Virus record (IMG/VR): IMGVR_UViG_3300026484_000108
Location: 1-50,733 of that record
From: a virus
Lineage: Duplodnaviria > Caudoviricetes
DNA length: 50,733 nucleotides
Direction: 5' to 3' (one strand)
The stretch's first letter is position 1. Each line of letters opens with the position of its first letter. The notes beneath the pieces are model-generated. The model was not told the origin of the DNA, ran no database searches, and saw nothing but the letters and a program-made list of their open reading frames with translations. A program made the position numbers and the translations under genes. Positions 1-10,600 of this stretch are shown here, piece after piece.

Positions 1-1
1 A

Positions 2-403
2 AAAGATGAAAATTGTATAGGTAGTTTTAATATACCTTTACAATTTGAATTAGGTAAAGTTAAAAAGAAAAAATATTCATTAAACTTGAATACATATAGA
101 AATTTACATTATCAAGTAAATAATAATTTAAAAGTATTAGTTTCTGAATATATAAAAGATTTTGTATTAATTTTACCTATACATGAACCAGTAAGAATAA
201 ATTATATTATATATCCTGGTTCAAAGATAAGAATGGATTTAGACAATATGGTGGTTATTGCTAAATATGTGCAAGATGGTTTAGTAAATGCAGGTATATT
301 AGAAGATGATGATTATAAGCATGTAGTTAATATATCTTTTCAAATTGGTGGATTAGATCCAGATAAAAAAGGTTATTGTGAAGTTATTATAAGGAAAATA
401 TAA
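2..403 (+). CDS. RusA-like Holliday junction resolvase (5'-truncated by window edge)
   Basis: Frame is open from position 2 (KDENCIG...YSLNLNTYRN). RusA-type acidic motifs RMDLDN..AKYVQDGLVNAGILEDDD. Confidence 0.8.
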   Translation, partial: KDENCIGSFNIPLQFELGKVKKKKYSLNLNTYRNLHYQVNNNLKVLVSEYIKDFVLILPIHEPVRINYIIYPGSKIRMDLDNMVVIAKYVQDGLVNAGILEDDDYKHVVNISFQIGGLDPDKKGYCEVIIRKI

Positions 404-404
404 G

Positions 405-803
405 ATGAAAAAGAAAATAATATATTTTATAATAAAATATATTTCTGTATTAAATAATAGTATATTAAAAACAGAATTGATAATAGTAAATAAGTTAAAA
501 TATGCTGTAGAGATTAAAAAATTAGATTCTGAAATAACTAGTATTTTAAGAAGTCTTGGTGCTATAAAGATAACCACTAAAGTTACTCAAGCATTATTAG
601 ACGCTTTAGAAAATACATCTAAAGATAATTTAAATACTGCTATTGAGTATTTAAATATTTTTGTAGATGGATTTCTATTAAAATTTAAAGATAATATTTA
701 TAATGATAATAATGAAATATATTTATTAGTGTCTTACACACAAGAAATAAAAGATTTATTACGAACAGAATTAGATAATTTAAAGGAAAAAAATGAAAAT
801 TGA
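405..803 (+). CDS. hypothetical protein
   Basis: 132-aa ORF tightly packed in the operon. Confidence 0.6.
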   Translation: MKKKIIYFIIKYISVLNNSILKTELIIVNKLKYAVEIKKLDSEITSILRSLGAIKITTKVTQALLDALENTSKDNLNTAIEYLNIFVDGFLLKFKDNIYNDNNEIYLLVSYTQEIKDLLRTELDNLKEKNEN

Positions 804-1074
804 ATTTAATCAAGAAGAATTAGTAGAAGGTATTCTATTACTTTTAGAAGAGCAAGGATTTAAAAAAGATAATTTTATAGTACAAAACTTTAGATTTGTA
901 AGTGGTAGAGGTGAAAATGGTGATAGAGTTGAAGTTGAATTATGTAAAAAATTATCTACTTCAATAGAGCCAGAAAAAGTAAATAATGAAGAACTTATAT
1001 CTAAAAAAGATGATCCATTTAAAGAAGAAAGTAACCATAATAAAAAAACTGTTGGTGATTTATTTAAATCATAA
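793..1074 (+). CDS. conserved N4-like hypothetical protein
   Basis: AAGGA RBS. MKIEFNQEEL...SGRGENG pattern resembles a small protein found near the resolvase in N4-like phages (recalled, not searched). Confidence 0.55.
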   Translation: MKIEFNQEELVEGILLLLEEQGFKKDNFIVQNFRFVSGRGENGDRVEVELCKKLSTSIEPEKVNNEELISKKDDPFKEESNHNKKTVGDLFKS

Positions 1075-1091
1075 AATAAAAAGGAGAAAGA

Positions 1092-1298
1092 ATGAGAAAA
1101 GAAGTTGAAGTTAGAAAAGAATTACAAGAAGTAGCTGTGAGACTTATAGGTGCTATTGCTATTAAAGATAACAGAAATACAGATATTGCTACAAAAAATA
1201 TTAGAAAAATTATTCTTAAAATTGAAGAAATTGGTAAAGAATATAGAAAAGTTACATCACCAAAATTACTAAAAAGTAATAAATCAAATGAAAGTTGA
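1092..1298 (+). CDS. hypothetical helical protein
   Basis: AAGGAG RBS upstream, 68 aa. Confidence 0.65.
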   Translation: MRKEVEVRKELQEVAVRLIGAIAIKDNRNTDIATKNIRKIILKIEEIGKEYRKVTSPKLLKSNKSNES

Positions 1299-2082
1299 TT
1301 TATTATATATAAGTCCTTTGTGGCTTATTAGTAATGGTATAAGACAAAGTCATAATACAACTGATAAAGCTGATAGTCATTGGTTAATTTCAAATCAATT
1401 TAAATGTCCTTATTGTGATTCTGATAAAACAGAAGTATCACTTAGTCAATATGAATGTAATGTAACCGGTATATGTTTAGATTGTGAAGCTAATCTAAAA
1501 ATTCATATAGGTGAAAAAGATTATGATTTAATTAAAAGAGTAGGTTTTAAACTTAAACATGAAAGTGTTTTAGAACATAGTTTAATTGTATTTGAATTTG
1601 AAGCAAGTAGAGCATTACTTCAAGAATTATCTAGACATAGAATTGGTGTAAGTCCTACTATAAAATCTACAAGATATACTTTAAAAGAATTAAGAAACGA
1701 AAAACCTTTTGTAAAAATAAATGGAGCAATAACTGAAGAACAATATAATAGGGCTTCTAAATATGTATTTTTTACAGAAGATGAAATGGTTAATGAAATT
1801 ATAGTTAATAATCTTGAGTATTTAAGATATTTAATCGAAAAAAATAAATCTAATGATGTAGCGAAATATACTTTACCTGAAGCTTATAAATTTAAAGGAC
1901 AAGTAAGTTTTAATTTAAGAAGTTTATTACATTTACTTAAATTAAGAATTGAAAAATCAGCTTTAAAAGAATTTAGATTATTATGTAAAGATATTATTGA
2001 TTCTTTACCTATTGAATGGAAAGAATTAGTATTATTAGATGCACAGATAGAAAAAAATTACAAGGAATTAAACAATGAATGA
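1288..2082 (+). CDS. thyX: FAD-dependent thymidylate synthase with Zn-ribbon insertion
   Basis: HESVLEH, SRALLQELSRHR.....KSTRY ThyX motif, AKYTLP, NLRSL..LR. Closely resembles Campylobacter-type ThyX. Confidence 0.93.
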   Translation: MKVDLLYISPLWLISNGIRQSHNTTDKADSHWLISNQFKCPYCDSDKTEVSLSQYECNVTGICLDCEANLKIHIGEKDYDLIKRVGFKLKHESVLEHSLIVFEFEASRALLQELSRHRIGVSPTIKSTRYTLKELRNEKPFVKINGAITEEQYNRASKYVFFTEDEMVNEIIVNNLEYLRYLIEKNKSNDVAKYTLPEAYKFKGQVSFNLRSLLHLLKLRIEKSALKEFRLLCKDIIDSLPIEWKELVLLDAQIEKNYKELNNE

Positions 2083-2380
2083 AAGTAAGTTAGTATATAG
2101 AAGTATTAAATCAGATAAAAATGATAATTACTTGAGAATAGAAATCGTAGAAAAAGAATCAGCTGCAGTATTAACAGAAGGTACATTAGGTATGTTGATA
2201 GTTAAAGATCTTTCAGATGGACAATTATTTGCAATAAGCCCTGTAGCATTAAAAAATAACTTTAAAATAGAAAAAATTGTAGCAGATGAACCAGAAAATG
2301 AAGAAAACTCTGAACTTGATGACTTAATGGAAATACTTAATGCATTAGACAAAGCATTAAATTCTTCTAAAAATGATTAA
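2075..2380 (+). CDS. hypothetical protein
   Basis: Overlaps thyX stop, AAGGA RBS, acidic C-terminus. Confidence 0.65.
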   Translation: MNESKLVYRSIKSDKNDNYLRIEIVEKESAAVLTEGTLGMLIVKDLSDGQLFAISPVALKNNFKIEKIVADEPENEENSELDDLMEILNALDKALNSSKND

Positions 2381-2406
2381 TAATAGAACTTTTTCTGGTT
2401 CTATTA
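2381..2406 (+). terminator. inverted repeat, possible terminator
   Basis: TAATAGAAC-N8-GTTCTATTA right after a stop codon. The right arm overlaps a CTGGTTC motif. Confidence 0.4.
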
Positions 2407-2425
2407 TAAAAGGAAAGGAATAAAA

Positions 2426-2605
2426 ATGCATATATATGAAATACAAGGTAATGGAAAAGGATTATATAGAATTATTTTAACTAAAAAGAAAAAATATATA
2501 AAAAGTATAACAAAATATATATTTAGTAATAAACAAGAAGCTTTAGTATATATAGAAAAATTAAAGGAAGAAAATGACTATACAGGAATTACAGAAAGAA
2601 ATTGA
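2426..2605 (+). CDS. small hypothetical protein (59 aa, not in ORF track)
   Basis: AAGGAAAGGA RBS. MHIYEIQGNGKGLYRII...ITERN*; fills the gap. Confidence 0.6.
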   Translation: MHIYEIQGNGKGLYRIILTKKKKYIKSITKYIFSNKQEALVYIEKLKEENDYTGITERN

Positions 2606-3455
2606 AGTACTGTATAAAGAGGATAATTATTTTCTTCTTTCTAATACAGCTACTTCTTTATTAGATAAATTTGATACAAGTTTATATAAATTATATAAAG
2701 TACTTAAAAAACTTAATTTAAGTAGAAAACAAGCATATATTGATTTAGTATCTAAACATGACCCAAAAGATGTTACGGCTTTTGAGCTAATAAAAAGATA
2801 TAAATTAAAATCAGTAAAAGTATCTACTTTAAAAAGATATGCTAAAGAAATACATGGAATACCTTATATGGATTTTTATGATAAACAATCTAAAGAATTA
2901 GAAGAAGAAATAAATGAAATGTTAGAAGAGTATGAATTTCCTTTATTACAATTAGGTAGAATAGGTATAATAAACTATTTAGGTATTGGTATAAATAAAT
3001 ACTATAAACTAAAAAAACAAAAAAGATGGTCTAAAAGAAAAGAGTATAAAAGATTATTTAATACTTATCCATTAAATGAATATTCAATGCAAGAGATTGC
3101 TAATATAATAGGTAAAAATAAGGCTACTATTATAGATTGGGTAGAAAAATTAAAAATAGAAAGAACTACTAAAAAAGCAATTTCTATGAAAGTAATTAAA
3201 GCTCGTAGAGAAAGATACGGTTTAACGCCTGTAAAAGAGCAAATAAAGAAATTTTCTTATAAAGAGATAAAAACATGGTTTGAAAGTAAATTATTGAACC
3301 AGAAGGAATTATCAGTAAAAGAAATAAAAGAATATCTTGGTAGAAAGGATATGAATAAAGTACTTTACTGGATCAAGAAAAATTATGGTTTAATAGATTA
3401 TGTATTTGATCATAAAGAATTGAAGTATAAATTAAAGGATAATAATGACATATAG
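2574..3455 (+). CDS. multi-HTH basic DNA-binding protein
   Basis: HTH-like segments VKVSTLKRYAK, YSMQEIANIIGKNKATIIDWV and LSVKEIKEYLG. Lys-rich. Confidence 0.55.
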   Translation: MTIQELQKEIEVLYKEDNYFLLSNTATSLLDKFDTSLYKLYKVLKKLNLSRKQAYIDLVSKHDPKDVTAFELIKRYKLKSVKVSTLKRYAKEIHGIPYMDFYDKQSKELEEEINEMLEEYEFPLLQLGRIGIINYLGIGINKYYKLKKQKRWSKRKEYKRLFNTYPLNEYSMQEIANIIGKNKATIIDWVEKLKIERTTKKAISMKVIKARRERYGLTPVKEQIKKFSYKEIKTWFESKLLNQKELSVKEIKEYLGRKDMNKVLYWIKKNYGLIDYVFDHKELKYKLKDNNDI

Positions 3456-3711
3456 TGATTTTATAGAAGAAGAAATTCTAAAAGAATTGAGGACAGGTAA
3501 CTATATAACAAAGATAGCTAATTGGTATAGTGCTAAATGGAATAGTACAGAAGTAATAATTTATACCTTTAAAGGGCATAGAGCTTATTATTCTGGAGGA
3601 ACTACTACTTTGCTTATTAGTAAAAATAATTTTAAAGTAGTTACTAAAAAGAGTATTGGAAAAGACATTAAACATTTATATACAGAATATTCTAAAGGAG
3701 AAGAGTTATGA
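3445..3711 (+). CDS. hypothetical protein
   Basis: RBS, overlapping start/stop with neighbours. Confidence 0.65.
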   Translation: MTYSDFIEEEILKELRTGNYITKIANWYSAKWNSTEVIIYTFKGHRAYYSGGTTTLLISKNNFKVVTKKSIGKDIKHLYTEYSKGEEL

Positions 3712-4013
3712 AAACAGAAGAGATACTAAAACAAAGAGGGTTTCGTTATGGAGAATTTAAAGATTTAGCTATAATTAGTCAAAAGTTAAAAGATATTGTA
3801 TATGAAGTAGATGGTGTACAAGATAAAGTATTAATAGAAGCTATAGAAATGATAATGCATAAGATAGCAAGAATTATTAATGGAGATGAATCATATATTG
3901 ATAATTGGGCAGATATAGCTGGTTATGCTACATTAGCAGTACAATATTTAGAAAAAGGGAAAAAAGATGAAAAATTGGCGAAACAGCAAAGCTTACCGAC
4001 ATTGGAGGATTAA
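3708..4013 (+). CDS. DUF6378-family phage protein
   Basis: RG..YG.F...EAIEMIMHKIARIINGD..YIDNWADIAGYA signature. Confidence 0.75.
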   Translation: MKTEEILKQRGFRYGEFKDLAIISQKLKDIVYEVDGVQDKVLIEAIEMIMHKIARIINGDESYIDNWADIAGYATLAVQYLEKGKKDEKLAKQQSLPTLED

Positions 4014-4257
4014 AGTTATTAGAAGAGATAAAAGATGTGTTATATGTGGATCTATTAAAAGTAGAAATGCTCATCATATGAACCATGCAACATATTTTCC
4101 AGAACAAAGATTTGATGTAGAAAATGGAGTTACTTTATGTGCTAATTGTCATAGACAATTTCATACAAACTTTAAAAGAAGTTTTAGAACAAAATGTACT
4201 GAGTATGATTTTAAAAATTTCATAGAATTAAGTAATTATCTAAAAGGATTGAAATGA
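3967..4257 (+). CDS. HNH endonuclease
   Basis: WR..V..RD..CVICG...AHH...NGVTLCANCHRQFH. Confidence 0.88.
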   Translation: MKNWRNSKAYRHWRIKVIRRDKRCVICGSIKSRNAHHMNHATYFPEQRFDVENGVTLCANCHRQFHTNFKRSFRTKCTEYDFKNFIELSNYLKGLK

Positions 4258-4436
4258 AAATAGGTGAAAAATATAAACATGTTAGTAGATTATCTATTTA
4301 TGAAATAGTGGATTTAGTTTCATTAGAAGTAAAAGGTAGAATTGAACCAGGAATAGTATACATTAAAGAGAATGAACCAGAAACTAAATATTGTAGAAGT
4401 GCAAGAAGTTTTAAATCTAATTTTAATAAGGTTTAA
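4254..4436 (+). CDS. DUF1653-like small protein
   Basis: YKH....YEIV...IVY.....YCRS...F..NF pattern. Confidence 0.5.
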   Translation: MKIGEKYKHVSRLSIYEIVDLVSLEVKGRIEPGIVYIKENEPETKYCRSARSFKSNFNKV

Positions 4437-4438
4437 GT

Positions 4439-4606
4439 ATGGATATAATTAAAAGTTTCTTCTTAGCTTTATTTATTACTGCAGGTGCTATTATTACCTG
4501 GTTCAGTAGTATAGTAATAGGCTATTTTTTAGCAATTGTAGGAGGAATAATACTATCTGTTTTTTTATTATTTCAAATAATATTAGGGACAATTAGGAAA
4601 GCTTAA
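4439..4606 (+). CDS. small two-TM membrane protein (55 aa, not in ORF track)
   Basis: MDIIKSFFLALFITAGAIITWFSSIVIGYFLAIVGGIILSVFLLFQIILGTIRKA*. Its stop overlaps the convergent vRNAP stop. Confidence 0.7.
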   Translation: MDIIKSFFLALFITAGAIITWFSSIVIGYFLAIVGGIILSVFLLFQIILGTIRKA

Positions 4607-7600
4607 AGACTTCCCATTCTTTCCCATAATGCTAATGGATTTGCTCTATTAAATAATTCATCATAAATATGAATACTTCTATTTGTAATTATATCAGTCA
4701 ATGATTGATTATAACTTTCATATATTTCAGGAACATCTACTATATTATTTATTCCAAATAATCTTATAGCTTTTTCAGGTGATTTACCTATAGTATTTAA
4801 TACTACTTTTACAGTACCTAATACAAATTTACTGAACATAAATGCTCCAGTATCATTAAGATACTTAATATATTTATTTTCATTTAAGTTGTAATTTACA
4901 AAGTATTGATCAGCTTCTAATATAGCTTCCTCTTTAGATTTACCTTGTTTTATTAAATAGTCCATATAAGTTTGTTTAGCTACTACATCTGAATACTGCA
5001 TTATTTTAATTGCTTTTTTAAATGGTGCTGAATCTTCAGTTAAAAATAAAGATTTTATTATACTTTTAGTAGTTTCATTCATATTTTTATCTATATAACT
5101 ATTTATTTTATTACTAATTAAATTAGTGTCATTTATGTTAGATATAGTGGCATCTTCAATAATTGAACCAACAATACCATTTTCTACTAAATAACTCATT
5201 CTATTTTTACTAATAGAAATATTTAATACTTTTAATTCTCTTTTATCTTTACTATCAGCAATACCATTACTAACTTTACTATCTAATATATGTTTTCTCT
5301 GTAGATCTTTATTTAATTTATCAAATAAAATCCAATTTTTTCTAAATTCTCTATATACTTCTACAGGACTCATAAATTGAGATAATACAAAAAAGTTAGA
5401 TGCAAAGTTTCCATACAATACAGCCCCATTAACAATTACCATTCCTGGTTTAAGTAATTTAATTAAATCTTTCCATAATTTTTCTATTAATTTTATTTTT
5501 TCTCTTAGATATTTAAGGTTAGTGTTATGGAATATAGGTATATTTGCGATACTAGCATCTTTAAACCCAAAAGTATCATTTAATAAATATTTGTCTACAT
5601 AAATAAAGTTTTTTCCTTTAGTAGCTTTATATAAGTAATCTTTTGTGTCTTGAGGAAGAATATCATAATATTCTTCATTATGTTTTATTTTTACACCACT
5701 TATAGTTTCTATACCTACTTTTACATATCTATTTGGTTTTTTTGGATCATAACTCTTAATGAAATAATCAATCATTTTTTTATTCCATTCTCTACCATTA
5801 ATTTTTAAATACATATGTGATTGAGTATTAGATATTACACTTCTTATATCCATATTTAATCCACTATGCTCTTCCATATCAGAATTATGTATAGTATATC
5901 TATAATTAACTATATTACCATCTAAATCTAATATAGGTACTACTTTAGTTTCTTTTTTACTTAATAAGTTAGAATATTCTTTTCTTGGATCAAAATCTTG
6001 AGACTCGTTTATTTTACTATTTTCAGCTATTTTTTTAATCATATTTAATACTAAAGCTTCAGTTAATTTATTATCCTCTGTGTCTTTATTAGTATACTTA
6101 TCTGTTAAAGTAATACCCATTGTAGACATTCCTGTAATCTCGAATGCTCCTTTGGTATATGATGGTTCTGTATTTAATCTTTTTACTAATATAGTATCAT
6201 GGGTACCAGATTCTTTACTATCTTTACCTATTGTTACTATTTCAGTCCAACCATATGATTTATATGTTTTTAAATCTTTACTTGATATTACTTTAGTTTC
6301 ATATAAGTTATTTGATTTAGGTCTGATATAACCTTTTATTTTATGTACATCTTCTTCAAATAATTCATTAGTTTTAGTATGAATACCATTTCTAATGTAA
6401 GTAATTAGTTTATTAAATTTTTTTGGATGAGTATTTACATAATGCTTTAAGATATTTAAATCTTCTTTAGGTGTATAATTTAAAGCATATAAACTTATTA
6501 ATTCATCTATTAATTGAATTTCTCTTTCAGTTGTAGCTATTTTAGAACCAGTAAATGTTCCATTAGCAATATTGTTAGCATTTAACATTAAATTATCTAA
6601 AGTAGATACTCCTGTAAGCATATAATAAGCAAGTGCTTTAGCTTGATTTATTTTGGCTTGTGAGAAAGTAAATTTACCTAATTCTTTTTCTATTTCATGT
6701 ATTCTTACATTTCTAATACTATCATCTCTAATAAATCTTTTTATTCTATTTATATCTCTTATAGAAGCTATATCTGTTTTTAATATAGAGGTAGTCAAAG
6801 ACTTTAATTGTTTTTTATTTAACCCTGGAACCAGAGAATCTAATAATTCTATATTAGCTGTTTCTATATGCATTCTTAAAGTTTCTTGTATATATTTTAT
6901 TTTAGAGAATAATCTATAAAATTCAGAGAAATTAGCATTAGATATAAACATTTCTTTAGTTAGATCTCTTATTAGTTTAACAAAATCAAAGTTTATAGTT
7001 TTAGTTATTCTATTTATAGTTCTCATAGAAGCTGCCCATTTAGTACTTGTATCCATCATATCTTGAGCTTCTTTAAAAGTATTTTCTAATTTAGAATAAT
7101 TTTTCTTTATGTTATTAAATATTGGATTTGTTATTTCTCTATATTTAGTTATTTTAACTATATTATCCATTAATTTATATAAAGCTTCAATACTTCTATT
7201 TTCTTCTGGTTCATATTTTCTTTCATTTACTAATTGTGTTAATCTTACAGCTGTTATTAATATATCTTGTAATTCTTTATCTAATGTATTTTTATTTAGA
7301 TCTATTTTATCAAATATATAATTTATAGCTTTAATAACATAATTAAATAAAGTATCTACTATATTATTAGTTTCTATTTCATCTATTAATTTACTTTTAG
7401 TTTTTATTTTAGAATAGTTATCATTTATATATTTATTTAGTATAGGATTTGTAACTGCTATAGTTAAAAATTCAGAAGGACTTGTTTGCATATATTCATA
7501 TAATTCCTTACTTCTTTGTTTAGCTTTCTCTGTATGAGGCATACCTTCAGGTATAAAGAATGTTTCTGGATCTACACCATCTTTTTTAAGTAATTCTAAT

Positions 7601-10600
7601 ATTTGTTTTTTTACTAATAAGATTCTAGTCTTAGTTTTAGCATCTGCCTGAATACCTTTTTCTGTAAGTAAGTGTGTCATTTCGTGCATAAATACTTCAG
7701 CTTCAGTTTGTAAAGACAAACCAGTACCTTTAGATAATTTAATTACATTTCTCATTATATCAGCTGAACCTCTATTAAAAGTTTTATTTATAAATTCTAC
7801 TACTTTTAATTTGTCAGCTGTTTTAAAGAATGAACCAATAAGAGAAATAAAGTTATTTAAAGTGGTATCTTTTAATAGAGTATCTTCTGGAGTAAGTAAA
7901 TCATTTAAAAAATTTTCAACTTCTTTTTTATTAGTTAGTTCTCTAGTATTTTCACTTTTACCCATAGATTTAGTATATGTAGAAGAACCTATTTCAACAT
8001 CTATTATATCTTCTACTTGTTTATGTAGATTATTATATTCTTCTGTTAAAATATCATTTACTTTTTCATATAAATTAGTAGTATCTAATTCATTTAATTT
8101 ACTTAATTTTATAGCAAGATTATGTATTTTATCTGGATCATTCATAATTAAATATTGTTTTATTAAATGTAAAGCTTTATGTAATGTTTGATGTTTAGTT
8201 ATACCTTCTTTATTTGCAGTCATTTTAATAATCATAGCAGCATCATCTTTATTTATACCTAATTTAACTAAATTTTCTACTAACTTTTTTCTATCAGTTA
8301 AACTACTACCTGTAATATCTTTTAATATATCATCAATACTTTGTATGTTTGTTACATTAGTATTTGTTTCTTTTATAGTAATATTTTTATTAGTATTTTT
8401 TGATATATTCTTTAAATGTTTAAGTAATTCAAGCATAGATTTTTGTAATTCTTTAGAATTACTTAATTCTTGAATCTCAACCTTTTCTCCATTTTTATTA
8501 GTGTATGAAGAATATTCTAATTCTCTTGTACCTATAAAAGCAGATCTACTATTATAAGTAATATCTTTAATCTTAACTGGTTCAAATGTTTTAGTATCTT
8601 TATTATATTTATAATATTTATTATCTCTTGTATTTAATACATAGATAGTTTTATTTAATTTAATAGCTAATTTAACTGCTGAATTAGTTCCACCTTCTCC
8701 TGATTTTAAGTTTATATTTAAAGGCATTACAGCATATACATTATCAGCATTGATTATTTGAAAGTAATTTCTGTTATTCATATAATGTGTATTATTTTTG
8801 GCTTTCTCATTAGCTTCTTGTCCTAATCTATTTTCTTCATTTGTTATTTGTATAAAAGTATCTTTAGATGTCTTATGCCATTCTCTACTACCTCTTTTAA
8901 TTGGTAATATATGCCTATTTATTGCTTTAGAACCAAAAACTTTACTAATTAATTCAGCCCATATACGATCAGCACCTGTTGCACCACCTGAAAAGTTATT
9001 TAATTTATTTTCGTCTATTGAATCATAAAAATCACTTTTAGTAAATGTTCTACTTGGTATTTTATTACTATTATCTTTATGAGTATCTGTTATATAAACA
9101 TATTCTGTTAATTTATCCATATGATATTCATGCATTACTTCTTTTATTAAATCGTCTAAATGAATTATTTCTTCTTTATTTAAAGAATCTAAATGTTCTT
9201 GTATTAAGTTATCAATAATAACACCATCTTCTTTAGATAAAAATATTTTCATCTTTTTAGTTAATAATTTAAATTTATTAAACCCTTCTTGTGTTAAATC
9301 TTCATATACTTCAAAACCAGTTAAACCACTTTCAGCTAAATGTTTTATAGCAAGGTATCTAGCTAATGCTTTATCTTCTATATTTCTAATCATTTCTCTT
9401 ATATTAGCGTGATTATTTAATTCCATAGGTTGTTCTACATCATTTTCTGTATTTATAAGCATTACAGTTTCTAATCTTTGTAGAATATCTGTCAAAGAAT
9501 GTGAACCAGAAAGTGCAAATAAATTACTTATTTGATCTTTTATATGTTCTGCTGCTTTTTTAGATATTTCTTCTTTAAAGTTGAAAGTATGTTGTTTTAA
9601 AATATCTTCTTCTTTTATATTATCACTTTTATATAAAGTAGATTTTTCATCTGTTACATAGTTATGTGCTGATAATACATTTTTACTAAAGAAATCTTTA
9701 ATATTCTTTTTAACTTCATTTATATTATGTTCAGTATATGCATACTCTAATACATTTAAAGCTATATTCACTATTTCTAATTGTTGTTTTTGTCTCAATG
9801 CTCCTGTACTATCTTCATCTTTTACAGAAATATTAGTAACATTATTCATAAAAGCCTCAAAAGTTTCCTCATTAGTTAATATAGTATGCGCTTTAGCTAA
9901 TAAAACTATATATACATTATATTCTTTAGATACATCAATAATTGATTTATTATAGTTATATACACTATTAAATAAATCTTTTCCATTTACACCACTTAAT
10001 AAGGCATCAAATATATGAGTTACATTATTCTTGTTTTCTTTTAATGCATCCATTATTATTTTACTATCTATTTGGTGTGCTGATACTGCACCAATAGCTG
10101 CAAGATTATCTGTAAATTCTTTTAGTCTTACGGCTGTTATTTGATAATGATTTATACCATTTTTTATTGATTTAGTTTTACTAGGATTTTTTTCTTCATT
10201 TTCAAGAGTAACATTACCTTTACTTGCTGCTTGAAAATCATACCATATACCATCATCTTGCATAGATTGAATTACTTCTATATATTGTTCTAAAGTCCAT
10301 TTAAATCTATCTTCACCAAACTTATCTGACATTCTTTTATAAAATGTATTTATTGAACCAAGATAAGTAATTTTAGCTAATTGTTGTAATTTTTCTCTAT
10401 AATCAGTAATAGGTGTATATCTTTGAAATACTCTTTTAAATAAATAACCAAAAGATGGCATATAAACTCTATTAAAATAACTATCTATAGCATTACCTTG
10501 TAAACCTAAATCTTTAAATTTAAAACTTTTAAAATCAATATCTTCATTTTTATTACTAAATGTAGTATTTTTCATTGTTGAATCTAATTCTGGATCTAAT

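Noticed and set aside
1378-1509. Intein or intron in thyX
   Set aside because: Too short, in frame, and lacks Cys/Ser...His-Asn splice motifs.
3967-4257. HNH as part of a mobile intron
   Set aside because: Free-standing; no interrupted host gene is evident.
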